A DNA stretch of 64,000 nt from the human T2T-CHM13v2.0 reference genome, Homo sapiens (GCF_009914755.1 NC_060928.1); one strand, 5' to 3'. Counted from the stretch's first letter, positions 28,627 through 42,318 are shown. A program made the numbers and translations. The notes: generated by a model not told the origin, from the sequence alone.

Positions 28627-29894
28627 TAACTCAAGGCCATAGTTTGCAAATTTAGAAATTCATTTTTACTTTGCTTCTACTGTCTTAATCGACACAACCT
28701 TAAACCATATTCCCTTAAAATAATTTATAGTTTGTAGATTAGCTGCTATGGCTAATAGCAGCTGAAGTTTCCTTTTGGTCATTCCTGAACCTAATTCTCA
28801 ACTCACAGCACTACTCTGGGTACTTGCCTAAACCTGATGTTTAAAAATAAGCAATGAGATTAAATAGGTTGGTGATTTAAATAATTTGTGTTAAATATAT
28901 TGCCAGGATACTGAAAAGAGTTTCAGAATATTACTTTATTTTTATATATAATTTATTATCCATTATTTTCACCTTTTCATTATATTGCAAACCTATGTGC
29001 AATAAAATGCTTTGCTGTTTTAATGGTGTCCTGTGAAAGCTGAATGTAAGAAGAGATTTCTCTTCATTTTATATACTATTTTGTTCACTTGTTATAGATA
29101 GTGACTTTCCTTTTCCTTAATCATTATGCTAATTTTTAATGATTTATTGTATTATGTCATTTCATTTTTTTTAATCTGTTTAATATGTTTGCTCTGCAGG
29201 ATGGAGAATGAATCCATGTTGCTCTTAGGCTATTCTTAATAATAATACATCTCTTTGCCTTTATAATCAAGTCATTCATCTGCATCTAGTATTTAACATT
29301 TTCCTCTATCAAAATCAATATCAAGTAATCTGAAATATATATGTTGCTCTTAACACTTACAAAAGTTAGGACTGTTTGAAGAGCACTGTTGGTGTCAAGA
29401 AGTTGGTATAGCCAAAGTCCTATACTTCAAATTTAAGTTTCTTAAAAATCTTTCTTAAATAAGTTTTTTATCACCTATTTGACTTTATTCTAAACCATGT
29501 TTACTGAGTCAGACAAGAGTTATGAGGAGATTACTATAAAGCTGATGCGGTAAGCCAGGATCCATAAACAAATACAGTACTATTTTTAAAGAAATATAGG
29601 CTATTTCAGTAAGACTAGGATACATATAGCCAAACCAGCAAGAAAAAATAGTGTATATAGGAAAACATGAAATAATTTAAAGTAATCCAAAGTAATTTAT
29701 ATTTGTGAAAATTGGCATATATATATATATATATAAACTGAAATATACTAGTTCTAGATCTAATATACTATATTAGAGTTGTAGTTGGAATAGCAACTCA
29801 TATTTGAAATAAATTATATTATATAATAAATATAAGTTGCTATTCCAACTATATCTCTAGTATAAGATCATTGTACCCAGATTACCAAGACATG

Positions 29895-30405
29895 CACTAT
29901 AGGCTAATTAATAGCCTATATGTCCACAAATATATTCTAAATATAGCCTCAAATATGTCTGCAATATGATCCTCAGAACCTGTAAATGTTATCTCATATT
30001 CCAAAAGGGACTACCTTGCAAATAAAATTAGTTAGGGATTTTTAATAAGGATACTTTGCTTGATTATATAGTTCTCCTTGACGTAATTGCAACAATCATT
30101 ATAACAAGAGAAGTCACATTTAGGAGAAATCAAGGTGGTTACAGAAGCAAGAGTTTGGAGTGATGTACATTGAATACTGAAAAAGAGATAACAGACAAAA
30201 TTATATGCACCCACATTTTATTTTCCTGAAAAAGACAAGGAAACTGATTCTCCTCTCATAGCCTTCAGAAGGAACTAGCCTTACTAACATTGAATTCAGT
30301 CTAGTAAAATCGATTTTGGATTTCTATCTTCTCTGTAAGATAATAAAATTATTTTTAAGTCAAGTCTGTGGTAATTTCTGATAGTAGCCATAGAGAACTA
30401 ATACA
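29895..30405 (+). mobile_element. MLT1 (MLT1D-like) MaLR LTR
   Basis: AGAACCTGTAAATGTTATCTCATA..CAAAAGGGAC; GAAAAAGACAAGGAAACTGATTCTCCTCT..AGCCTTCAGAAGGAA; terminus TGTGGTAATTT...AACTAATACA. Possible TSD ACATG. Confidence 0.78.
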
Positions 30406-31339
30406 ACATGTATTCAATTTTTTCCTAATTTATGGTAAATGCATTTTAACATATTTTTTGAACTATTTTGGTAAAATATTTGATATAGCAATACTGAATA
30501 AAGTGACTTTTGAAGTAATTTTTATTATAATTTTATACATGCTTCCAACTACAACCAGTGTTTACTGTGTTATCTTCAGATAACTGAGAATATGTCTTGT
30601 TTTTAAAATTCTAATTATTTAACAATTGTTTGGAATTTCAGAAAACAAACATTGCTCTATTAGAATGTCAAATAAGTTTTATAAAATAAGTAGATATTCT
30701 GTAACTACAAAAATTATACCTATAATTAAAACTCAATTACAGAATTTAGTAGCATATGAGATACAACAAAGAGAGCATAGGCAATACGGACGATTGGTAA
30801 GAAGGAGTTTTACTGAAAGTATTAGAGAGAAACAAAACTGTAGACAATTCCAAAGAGGGGAAAGAGATATAGAAAGAATAGAGTAAAAAGATCAAGCACA
30901 TTTGTATGTCACTATCAGAAGGTGAGGAAAGCAAATAGATTGAAAGCAATAGTTTAGGAGATCATTATGGAGAATTGTTGAAATTGAATAAATAATGAGA
31001 CATAGATACAAAAACAACAAAAAAAGTACAAACAAAACCTAAACCGAAACAAAATTGTCCAAACTGAAGAGATAATGAGCCATAGCTATAAAAAAACCAA
31101 AACAAACATTTAAAAAGACAAAAAAAACCACAAAAAACTATGAACCCCAAGTAGGAATCCTTAATCCAACTCTCGAATAAAATCAATGTACTCAACTCAT
31201 TAAATATTTTATATAAACGTTCTTATTTATAAAATCAGTATTTGACAAATTAACTTCTAGAACTATTTCGGGTAACAATTTTATAATATCTGTCTTGAGT
31301 AACATATTTTTGTGGTAATCTTCATCACCAATATTATAC

Positions 31340-32790
31340 GTTGACTTCTGTTTCTAGATTTAATCTTGATACACTTTAAAAAATCGGCAAAATACATAAA
31401 GCAACAATTTCATGGACATCAGACAATGATTATTAGTTATCCTTGAGATGCAGGAAACAAATGAGCTATACGATTGTACAACCTAACATCCATGAAAGAG
31501 TTTCAAGCCAAGGTGCAAGAATGGGAAACTCAGACAGAACTAGCTGGATTCCCTGAGATGAGGAGATAGAATGGAGAATTTGAGTTCAGGGTGCATAGGA
31601 ATCACAGGGCAGAGTACTCATGAAGGGAGAGAACCTCAGACAGCTAGAGATCTACTGATATAAAAGAACGATGCTGATATAAACCGTATCCTGAGCTTAC
31701 ACGGGAATAGGAATAGTGCCTGTTACCACCAACCACACTGGAAACCTAATTCAGAGGCACAATATTCAGAAAGATCTTGCCTTACTAGTAGGGAATAATT
31801 AAGTCTAGAACAAACACTGCCTGATCTTGTTTACAAAACCTAGATCTAAAAACATCAAACTCTTTTCATGTTTTCTTAGCTAAATCTCAGAACAAAACTC
31901 AAGAACAGAAAAATAAATAAATTATTTAGTATTCACTAATATAAAATTTAAAATAATAAGATTCAGTGAAAAATTACCAGGAAGCCAAAAAATACATATC
32001 CATAATGAGGAGAAAAAGCAATCATTTGAAACCAATCCAGAAGTGACACCAATGTTAAAATTATCAGATAAGTACAGTAAGATTGTTACTATAACTGAAT
32101 TTCATATGCTGATAAAGCTAGAGGAAAGGTCGAACATGTTAAATATAGAAACAGAAGGTATAAAATATGTCTCAAGTCATATTTTAGAGATAAAAGTTGT
32201 AATGTCTGGAAACACTGGATAAGATTTACAATCAATTAAACTTTCCTAAAGAAAAGCTTGTGAACTTAGAGATATAATAGAAATTACCCAGAATGAAACT
32301 CAGAGAAAAAAAAAGACACTCCTCAAAAAGAATTTTAACAGAGTTCCAATGGTCTCTGAAACAATGCCAAGAAGCCTAATACACTTATGTAATTGAGTAC
32401 CTAAAAGAGTGTAAAGGGAAAAAAAAAAAAAAAAAAAGAAGAAGCGGGGGAAGTGGGGGTGGAAGAATCATACTTAAGTAACTTTTTTCAAATTTGATTA
32501 AAACTATAAGTCCACAGATCTAACAATTTCCACAATGTTAAGCATAAGAAACATGAATTAAATGACTCTAGTTCACATTCTATCATAATAAAATTGCCAC
32601 AAATCACTGATAAAGAGAAAATCCTAAAAGCAGCTATAAAAAAATGTTATGTATAAAAGAAGATAGCAGCAGATTTCTTTTCAGAAACAATGAAAGTGGG
32701 AAGATAATGACACATCTTTAAAATATTGAAGGAAAATAACTTAGAGTATGTCTAGTAAATAATATATTTCAAAAATGACAAAATACAAAA
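31340..32790 (+). mobile_element. Old L1M (MC/MD-type) 5' region and ORF1 remnant
   Basis: ORF1-like motifs GAAACCAATCCAGAAGTGACACCAATGTTAAAATTATCAGA, GATAAAGAGAAAATCCTAAAAGCAGC and AGCAGATTTCTTTTCAGAAACAATG. Confidence 0.65.
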
Positions 32791-32899
32791 TCAATTTTTA
32801 GCAAACTTTCAGAAAAACATTTTATTACGATACCATGCTGTATATGTGGACTGATCTAAAGAGCTTTCAAGTTTCTCATAATGCTCTGAAGATTGAGAC

Positions 32900-33835
32900 T
32901 GTGATTGATTTTTAATGTATATATTACGTAGAGTAAAATTCACAAATCTTGATTATACAGATTGATGAATTTGTGAATTTTACTATACATAATTGTATAG
33001 TAAATGGATTTTACAAAGTGGATAAGAATGAATCCATATTATATGTGGATGATTATGTATGTACAATATATACACATATCTATCAAATATATCCATATAT
33101 ACACATATATAATATATATCAAATATGTTCACATATATTTATATATGATATAATAAAATATAATAATAGATCAAGATATGGCATATCCCCAGTAACATGG
33201 ATGGCTGCTTCATTTACTTTCTTACTTAGTGTCTCCTCAAATATAATTACTTTTTAAACTGTTATAACCATGGAATAGCATTGCTTGTGTCTGACTCCAC
33301 ATAAATAGAATCATACAGAACACATTCTTCTGCAACTGCAACTTTAAATAAAATATAATGACTATATGCTTCTTCTTTAGTTTTGTGTACAGAATCATAC
33401 AGAACACATTCTTCTGCAACTGCAACTTTAAATAAAATATAATGACTATATGCTTCTTCTTTAGTTTTGTGTACATCAATGCTTTTATTGTTTGTAGTAT
33501 TCCTTTGTAAAAAAAATAACAATAAAACAAAAAATAGAACAATTAAAACATAGTTAACCATTCTAATAATGTATCTCAGATTGTTTCCAGGTTTTGCCTG
33601 TTAAGATCATCAGCTAAGAACATTTTCATTCATGTTTGTTGCTAGACGTAAGTACTTCATTTTTTTCATGATATACAAATATATAAGCAGGCTAGTTGGT
33701 TCATGAAGTATACTTTTTTTTTAGGTTTTGCAAAAATTTTTTTCATAATTATTACATTGAATTATGTTGTCACTTACAATGTAACAAGGTCCCAGTTGTT
33801 CCATGTAATAGCCCATAAATTTATTTTGAACTTTT
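32900..33835 (-). mobile_element. Old L1ME-like 3' UTR fragment
   Basis: Antisense motifs ATAAATAGAATCATACAG, GATTGTTTCCAGGTTTTG and AAGAACATTTTCATTCATGT; heavily diverged. Confidence 0.55.
33307..33474. repeat. Perfect 2 x 84-bp tandem duplication
   Basis: AGAATCATACAGAACAC...TTTTGTGTAC at 33307-33390 is repeated identically at 33391-33474; seen as a 28-aa repeat in the ORF track. Confidence 0.95.
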
Positions 33836-33839
33836 TTAG

Positions 33840-33920
33840 ACAGAAGAGAAAGCGAGCAAAAGAGAGGAGAGAGAGAGAGAGCAAGAGAGAGCGAGACAGA
33901 GCAAGCGAGAGAGAGAGAGA
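33840..33920. repeat. GA-rich simple repeat
   Basis: Imperfect (GA)n. Confidence 0.85.
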
Positions 33921-34273
33921 AACTATAGCACCAGATTACAATCTATGAAAGACACAGGGCTCTGTAAAGCTTAAACTAAGATAAGAGAACATATCTGGGA
34001 GCTTACACGTACTGTATTAGATACAGTAAAGAATACAGATTTTCTATAAAATAAGATGAGAATTCTACAAACATAGTCTCAGTGTTTCTTACATGTGTTA
34101 ATGCTCCACCATCCCTATCTCGTCTGCTAGCCAGGACTCTTGGATCCAGATTCTTGCATTTGTCTTTTTCTCACTCTTTGAGCCTCTCCTAGGAATGATC
34201 AGATGAATTTTTTTCTTAATAGGTCCTTTTAAATCCCTATGTTTATGCCTTCTCTATAGCAATAATAAATTAA

Positions 34274-34675
34274 AGGATAAAGAAAATGTGGTACATATAC
34301 ACCATTGAATACCACACAGCTATTTAAAAAATGAGATAATGTCCTTTGCAGCAACATGTTTGGAGCTGGTGGCCATTATCCTAAGTGAAATAACATAGGA
34401 ACGGAAAACCAAATTGCACATGCTCTCACTTAAAAGGGGGAGCCAAACATCGAGTACACACGGACACAAAGAAGGAAACAAGAGACACTGGGGCCTATTA
34501 CATGGTGGGGGATGGGAGAAGGGTGAGGATAGAAAAACTACCTATTGAGTGTTATGCTGATTACCTAAATGACAAAATGTCCCGTACACCAAAGCCCCAC
34601 GACATGCAATTTGCCCATGTGGAAAATTGCACGTGTACCTCTTGAACCTAAAATAAATTTGGAAGGAAAAAAAAA
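34274..34675 (+). mobile_element. 5'-truncated L1PA15-like 3' end
   Basis: GGATAAAGAAAATGTGGTACATATACACC...GGGTGAGGATAGAAAAACTACCTATTG...GAACCTAAAATAAA plus A tail. Confidence 0.85.
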
Positions 34676-35041
34676 TGCTGTTAAGTTCCTAAAAAAGGAA
34701 AAATTATTTCTAAATATACATCAACTATGAATTTTCAACTAAACATACTTCTAACTTTATATCACTAAAAACAAAAGTAAATATAAGAATAATTACCAAA
34801 AATTTACTTGCAAATAAAATTATATAGATTCCTTTTAAGTAAAGACATTTTTCATAGATCAGCAATTTAGTAGGTTTAATACCAAGCACAATTGAGATTC
34901 TCTCTAAAATAATATTTCAAATTGTTTGTTTATTTACTATTTTTTTTTATCCATCCTCCCACCATTATGTGTGGGCACCAGAACAGCAGGGGCTAAACTA
35001 GTAAAAACGATTTTCAACTAGAGTAAATTAATAAAATTATT

Positions 35042-35207
35042 TTAATTAATTAATTTATTTCTGAGACAGTCTCACTGTCTTGCTCAGCCTGGAGTGGAAT
35101 GGTGCAATCATGACTTACTGCATCCTCAACCTCCTGGACTCAAGTGATCCTCCAGCCTCAGCCTCCCAAAGTGCTACGATTACAGATGTGAGCCACTGTG
35201 ACCAGCC
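35042..35207 (-). mobile_element. Alu monomer (left-arm head and right-arm tail, J-age)
   Basis: Sense reading GGCTGGTCACAGTGGCTCACATCTGTAATCGTAGCACTTTGGGAGG...GAGGATGCAGTAAGTCATGATTGCACCATTCCACTCCAG. Confidence 0.82.
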
Positions 35208-38200
35208 TATTTTAATTTATGAATGCATTAATAAATATGAAGAAATGAGTCACCAACTATTGCACTCTTAAAACTATACAATTTTCCCCTTTTATCTTCT
35301 TGTATTTGATAATGTTGATGACTTCCTTAACTCAGTGAACTTTCAATATTCCATACTTCTAAGCATTCGAGTAGGTTCAGTCTTTAACCCTCCATTAACA
35401 TTTATTTATAATAAATTTCATAGAGTGCTTATCCAAAAAGTAAGCTCATCATTTTTACTCCATGTTTTCTGTTTGTTTCTCTTTCCTTGCTCACCACATT
35501 AAAACCTTAAATATGCCAATTAGCTTTGTCCTCCACGATTTATTTTCAGTTGACAGTTTTCACCTCTATAGCCAATATCCTTGGCAACAGTAATCTTCTT
35601 ATGCCTGGACAATCACATTTGAATTCTTTGTAGTATTTCTGCTGCTGTTCCTTTTTTTTTAGTATAGTCCGTGCGGAGCAGAATTTCTCAAGTACACAAA
35701 TATTACCAAATGCTACATTTCTCAACTTAAGAGACTTATAATTTTGATTGTAAAAGTTTAAGCTCTCTATAGTCTTCTTTCATTGTCTGGATTTCCTCAC
35801 ATATTTTTCCACTCTTATTTTGGTTTTGTTTAATAGCCCAGATATTTCAGTCAATTCATTTTATTGATATTCTTTCAAGAAATCTTATTCATTCAATTTT
35901 TCCATATCCAAAGCTTTCTCTTATTTTTTTTTGTTTGTCGTTCCTTTACAACCTGTGGTGCTTATCCAGCCCTTTGAATTTGTTCTGTGACCATCTCTGC
36001 TGTACTCTCTTCCCAAGAAACTGATCTCTAGAGGGGTTTCAAGTGGCACATCTTGTCCCCAGCAAAATGAAGCACTGGCAAAATTTTCATCTCTCCCACA
36101 CTGTCTCTGCCAGGCTGCTGTTTGGGCATTGGTGGTGTTCTTCTCCTCACAGACACAACTCATTTCTGGAGACCGTTCCCTCACAAATACAGATTTTGTC
36201 AATTCGTAATACTTCTCCCTCCTATTGTACATAACAGTGAGGGTAACTTCTCACTATTCTTAGTCCCTTGGTTGTTTCTTGATATTTGCTGCCAACTATT
36301 TCTGGAGACATCATGATCCGAATCAAAGCTTACCTTCTTAATATACTAATTTGTTACTCCTTTAAAAAATGATGATGTCCTCTTGTCAGTCTGTGTCTAT
36401 GTATTTTATAACAATTTACTATTCCGTCATTTAGAGCTGACCCTTATTTCACACACCACACAGAAACCAATGTCAGGGAACTATAGAATACAATGAAGAT
36501 AAAACAGGAGAACAGTTTCTTCGTGCTTAGATAGCACTACACTGGAGTGTTTTGCCTGTTGCTACATTGGAGTGGTAGGATTTAGGATGGTAGCTGCCTT
36601 TGGGATGGGCAGTGTGATTTGGGATTGGGAAGTGTTCTGGTATGCTAGTAGTGTTCTAGTTCATCATCTGGCGATTGCACGTGTCTCAGCATAAAAATGA
36701 ATGCATTTTAATGTTTAAAAAGATTTGATAAATAACTAATGCCACTTCTTTAACTGATAAGGTTTATGTTATTTCACTCTTTGTTCTTTTGATGAGTAAA
36801 CCGAAGAATAATTGCAAAAATGAAATACATACCAGCTAACCTGAGACAAACATTCAGATAGAATAAGATTTAGGTGATATAAAATTAATGACTTCATATT
36901 ACTAAAATGTCTCATGGAGAGTCAGATCCTCTACTTTTTGTCCAGCTGTCTATTCTGAAACCAATGCAAAAAAAATGTTGGCCCCTTAACCAACACCACT
37001 GGCAAAACATTTGATATGTAGGTCTTTTCTGTTCACCTTATATACATTCACCTCTCAAAAAAAATTTTTTTGGTGGGGTGGGTAGAGGAAATTAGTAATC
37101 CAGCAAAAAATACTAAAAATAAAACTCAGGCTCTGAAAGAAAAGGACAAAACAAATAAAGACATATAAGCAAACAAAAACCATCTTTTTGTAGAAAGTAC
37201 AGTTTTATTAATTTTTACCTAGTGTCATTATTTATTTTTTCCCTATTTTTTCCAATTTAAACACAAACAGCCCAGTCTATTTTACTGAGATCGGCCTTCA
37301 GCAGAAAAATCTCGCCAATGTATTTCCATCTGTAGTTACATATGCTTTCAGACTTCTTTCTTTCAGGTGACAGAAGGTTAATATATGCTGCTTTAAAAAA
37401 AAATGCCTTAATTTTGTTTCATTTTTACTGAAGACAAGCAGATAAACACCTATAGCCAGATCTCTGCCTGCAGGCATGAATATGCTTTAAGAGAAAATCT
37501 TTTAAGTTATGCAAGATGCTTTTAGAAGGAATTCTTTAGTATGTTAGCTAATTGCAACCTAGCGCTAGAAAAAAAAAATGTTTACTTGGAATATTCTTGG
37601 AGTTTTTCCAACTTATTTACTGTATTGCAGTCTGTTGCTCACATCTTCTGGAGATAAAGAAATAAATACAACATTTTTTAAAAGGCCTATTGTAAGATTT
37701 TATTGAAAATATTTTCTCTTTGCTGTAAATCTTAATTGCTAGTTGGTATTATAAATAGGAATTTTTCCTTTAGTCTTATGCAATCTGTTAAAAATGATAA
37801 AAAGTAACTACAGAACACTTATTACAAAATTTTTTTAAAAAAATGATACTGAAGGGGAAAATATTTATACAAAGAATACAGCAACTTATTTTGACTATTT
37901 TATGACAAACCACAGGAAAATAGAGTTTTATCATTAGTCTAAATATTATTGTTATCAAGACTTATAATTGTTATTAAACAATTCAATTGATGAAAACAAC
38001 AGAAAAACTAGAGGTAAGTTAAAACATGTATTTTACATTTAAAAATTACAAATGTACTTATGATACCTCAATTATTTGATGATTAGCAAAAAATATAAGA
38101 TTTTACATTATAAAAATGTGTTTTAATATTATTGTTCTATTCAGAAAATAACTCTGATTCATGTTCTCTGATGCCTAATTTCAGTTTGACTTACAATGGA

Positions 38201-39873
38201 TTAAAAAATACACATATTTTGGTTACTTTTCTACTTGAATATGACTCTCATTTTTGATAACTTAAATTGGCTTAAGTTCTCTTTGTAATTCAACATTTTG
38301 AAAAAGCTACTCATATCAAGAATAAGAATGTTCTAATACTCTCTCGTGGCATTCTATTTTTACCTAAATTGTTGATACCATCTTAAAAAGGTTACAGGCA
38401 TTACCAGTCTCAGAATCAGAAAATTTTCTCTGACTCAGAACGATGTGATTACTAGGGTATGCTCATGGGAAAATAATTTCCCTTATTACTGAAGCAAACT
38501 GTTAACATATGTTTAGCTTTCATTAATCTTCCATGTACCAATGACAAGTTGGGAGCATTTTAACTGTGTCTGGGGCACACAATTATGATGTGAATTGCAA
38601 GGATAAGAGGTCACAAAAGCCCATAAGTTAAAGGAATGACTAAGGTCTTCTTTTGTAATCAGTGATCTCAAAATAAAAGACCTCTCAGTAAGTCTGTTTG
38701 AATGCTAAGTGCTAAACTCTAAATATTATTGTGCTGTTCTTTTGTTTCTGTTTTAAATGGAGAGTAGGTGGGAAGTACTGGTTAATTTCATAAGTACTCA
38801 CCAGGGAATTTTGTATGAAAATATGATTCCCTAGATAAGGAAGTCTTGACCATAAACCACCTGGATGGTGAGATGAGGTCAGCACTAGTAGAATTAGTAG
38901 TGGACTCAGGCAGCTCAAACTAAAACCATCTGCTCTAAGCATAATTGATGTAATTCATTCACTTTTTCCATGTTTTTTGTTTGTTTGTTTGTTTGTTTTG
39001 TACTCATTAAACACGATAAACGTTCAGCCAAGGAATAAGGGAAAAATGCACTTTGGAGGCATGGAGAAGAGTTAGTCAAGATCCTTCAAATAAGATGATA
39101 GCAAAGAAATGAAAGTTACAACAGTAGATGTATATGTTCTTTAGAAGCCCAGTGGACATACTTCCCCAAGTGCCCCACAAAACAATAAGTAGTTGTTAAT
39201 CAAGGAAATGTCTGTGCACCAAATGTGTCGTATTATCATGAACTATTACGAATGTGGTGATCCAGTGAATTTGCAGAAAGATTGTGCTATGAAAAAATGA
39301 TACTTAAAATCAGAAACTAGAGGACTGTGGGCAGTACTGAGAATTAACAAACAGAAACCCCCGCGCCAAAAAAACCCAAACAAACAGGGAAGCTTGAAAC
39401 CAAATCCCTCCTTGCCATGCTTTAAAATAGACCATCTGTCATAACAGTTCAAGGTGGCATGAAAGAGGTCAAATCAAAGGGATATGTATTTCAGCAATCC
39501 TCAGGAATGGAGTAACCACAGACTATTTTAGCTCAACCTGTGGCAAATAATTGAACCCACTGCATCTCCAAAGATTAGAGTATTGTACTATGGCGAATTC
39601 AGATATAGAACCCGTGTACCCATTAATATGAATATATTGGGATATTCCAGAGGAATTTTAAGAGTCAAGAAGAAGGCAGGTATATGCCCAAAGCTAGGCA
39701 GTATGCAGAAAATAACAGTAATAACAAGAATAAATTCTAATCTTTTTAAAGTTCTAGGATACTGGTGCCTACTACCAGAATACACCACATACCTAGTTGC
39801 TCAACAATTTCAGAGAACACCATAAACAGGTTTAAGGAGTTACAATGGAAGACATGGAGCAACAGGACGGAAT

Positions 39874-39875
<2 letters not shown>

Positions 39876-39913
<38 letters not shown>
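39876..39913. repeat. (GT)19 microsatellite
   Basis: Directly visible. Confidence 0.97.
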
Positions 39914-39915
<2 letters not shown>

Positions 39916-40621
39916 AGGGAGAATTATAGAGTGCAGTAAATAAATGCTGAACTGGTACTATATGACTTTTGATGAATGACATAGACAGGTAGAAAAGGCT
40001 TGATGGAATTCAAGGCAGAAGATGATGGTTTTGACATAAATGGAAGCCAATCCTTGTAAACACTTTTCAGAATCTCTTCTCGACCTTAGTGATGGAGGTA
40101 TATGCATGGTAGGGAACAGAGTTAGTTTGAAATTACTACTCTTTTCATTCCCCTTACCTCTAATAGGCAGAAAATTATGGAAACTTTCTTTTATTAAGGT
40201 ACATATTTTTTTTAGTCTACTTCAGGACAACTTTCACATTCACTGAGCTCTCATATACCAAGATTCCAGATTTTTCACTGGGCAACAGAAGAAGGGCTAA
40301 TGATTTTAATTCATGCTAAATTATAAATATTCTGACAATTTATTTTATATGAAGAAGAAATGTAAAATCTACATGCTGAGGATAGAGGAATAACCTTCTT
40401 TAATATTCTCAAGGAATATATGGTCTATTATGGAGAGTAAGAAGAATAAACACGTACAAAATATTTACAAGACAAGTAGTGCAGAAAAATATAATACTCA
40501 TATATTCATCAGAATTATAAGGAGAGTCCTATTAAAATTACACATATATCAGCACAAATATAACAGAAAGTTCAACAGCCATGAGCCCTGGAAATCTCTA
40601 TTCTTTTACAAATTTACCAGA

Positions 40622-41009
40622 TGCTATGGTCTGAATGTGTCCTCAATGTGTTGGAAATTTAATCACCAAAGCAACACTGTTGCAAGGTGGAGCCTTTTGG
40701 GAGATGTTTAGGTCACAAAGGCTCCAACCTCATAAACAGATTTATGCCATTATAAAAGGGCTTGATAAAGAGAGTTTGGCTTCTTTTCCCCCTTTCATTC
40801 TTTCCACCACATAAGGATACAGCATTCCTCCCCACCAGAGAATGCAGCATTATGGCACTATCTTTGAAGCAGACAGCAGCATCACCAGAGAGCTGAACCT
40901 CACAGTAACTTGATCTTGGACTATATAGCTCCAGAGAAATAAATTTCTGTTCTTTATAAATTACCCAGTCTATGGTATTATGTTATAGCAACACGAACGG
41001 ACTAAGACA
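40622..41009 (+). mobile_element. MSTD/MSTC-like MaLR solo LTR
   Basis: TGCTATGGTCTGAATGTGTCC ... AGAAATAAATTTCTGTTCTTTATAAATTACCCAGTC...GGACTAAGACA. Confidence 0.87.
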
Positions 41010-41686
41010 GCAGGTAATTCTTTTTCAGTTATTAGTATCACAATTTTTCAAAAGATATTTAGGAATTAAGAGTCTATATGGTTTTCAAAGTAATTTTCAT
41101 AACAAGGACATTTAAAATTTGCTACCCCACTACTAAAGGTCTTTCGGTGGTCCTCCACTTCCTTCAGAATGATATAAAATACATATAACATGATTTTTGT
41201 ATGCTTAAATAAAAACCCCTGGGTATATACTTGTCCACCTACACTGATACACCGTCTATGTTAACAGCTCCAGAGATCCTACAGAATTTTGTGCTTTCCA
41301 AAATGTATTGTGCTACTTTAATCTCCATAAATTAATGAATAGTTCTTGCTCACTAAAACGACCAAAATAGTATTTTTTTTAACTTTCAGTTAGACATAAA
41401 GAGCTTGTAAGTTACCACTCCAGTCCGCACAGTAAGAGAAAAGCTGAACAAATTGAAAATCAACAACTCTCCTTTGATCCATCAGATAATTGATGCCACA
41501 GGAGCAAACTTTTTCTCTCTAATCTCACAGAATTCTCACAAAATACTCGTAAAAACACTAGGTATCTTTTTAGCCTTTGACACCACAGCTACCTAATCCC
41601 TAGCCAGATAAATATAAAATATCAAATTAAAGGCCTGTTTACCTGAGTTCCTTTTACCTGGCATCTGGCTTTCAACAAAAACTTAC

Positions 41687-42318
41687 TGATACGGCTCCGA
41701 TGAGTGGAGGAACACCAAGGTTCTTGGTCCTCATGCCAGCTTAGACAAAACGACACGGACATACGTGGAGCGGTTTTAAGGAGCCCAGAGTTTAGTAGGC
41801 AAGATAGAAGTGGGAAGAACAAAGGAAGAAGCTCCCCTGTACAGAGACAGAGGCAGGGGGTCTCCAAAGCACAGAGCGGGAACCCCACCTGCCATGGATA
41901 TGAGCCAGGTATATGTAGAGGCTGGAGGAGGTGGTGTTTGATTTGCATAGGGCTCAGGAGATTGGTTTGACCAGGCATGTCATTCATGTAGCCCGCGAAA
42001 AAACTGGCCTTCCAACCCTAGCCTTATAATATGCAAATGCACGGCGCCATGAAGTTCTACACACTGGGGTTTTGTGGGGGCTGCCATGTCGCCAGGCACA
42101 TGTGGGGCAAGGACAAGAAGAAGAAGGTGGGAATCACCATGTTTGGGTGGACCCAGTTTCTAATGGCTGGCATTTGCATATCAAAGGTTGCCCGCCTGGC
42201 TCTAAGAGCCAGGGCTTTACAAAAAACTTTTCCAGAGATGCTTTAAAAAAATGAAAACTTCCCAAGGACTCCTTTTCCCCTATTTACCTACAACAATTTC
42301 TTAATAACTACAATAACA
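41687..42318 (-). mobile_element. ERV1 solo LTR, LTR9 family
   Basis: TG...CA termini and a perfect 4-bp TSD TTAC (41683-41686, 42319-42322). The minus strand starts TGTTATTGTAGTTATTAAGAAATT and contains GGCTCTTAGAGCCAGG..CCTTTGATATGCAAATG, as I recall for LTR9. Confidence 0.82.

Noticed and set aside
28418-28642. Leu/Phe-rich 74-aa ORF resembling a membrane peptide
   Set aside because: Translation of the CT-rich low-complexity tract.
30750-30990. Possible very old L1 ORF1 fragment; also possible L2 (~35350-35780) and L1ME 3' UTR (~36570-36710)
   Set aside because: Similarity too faint to support by eye; left unannotated.
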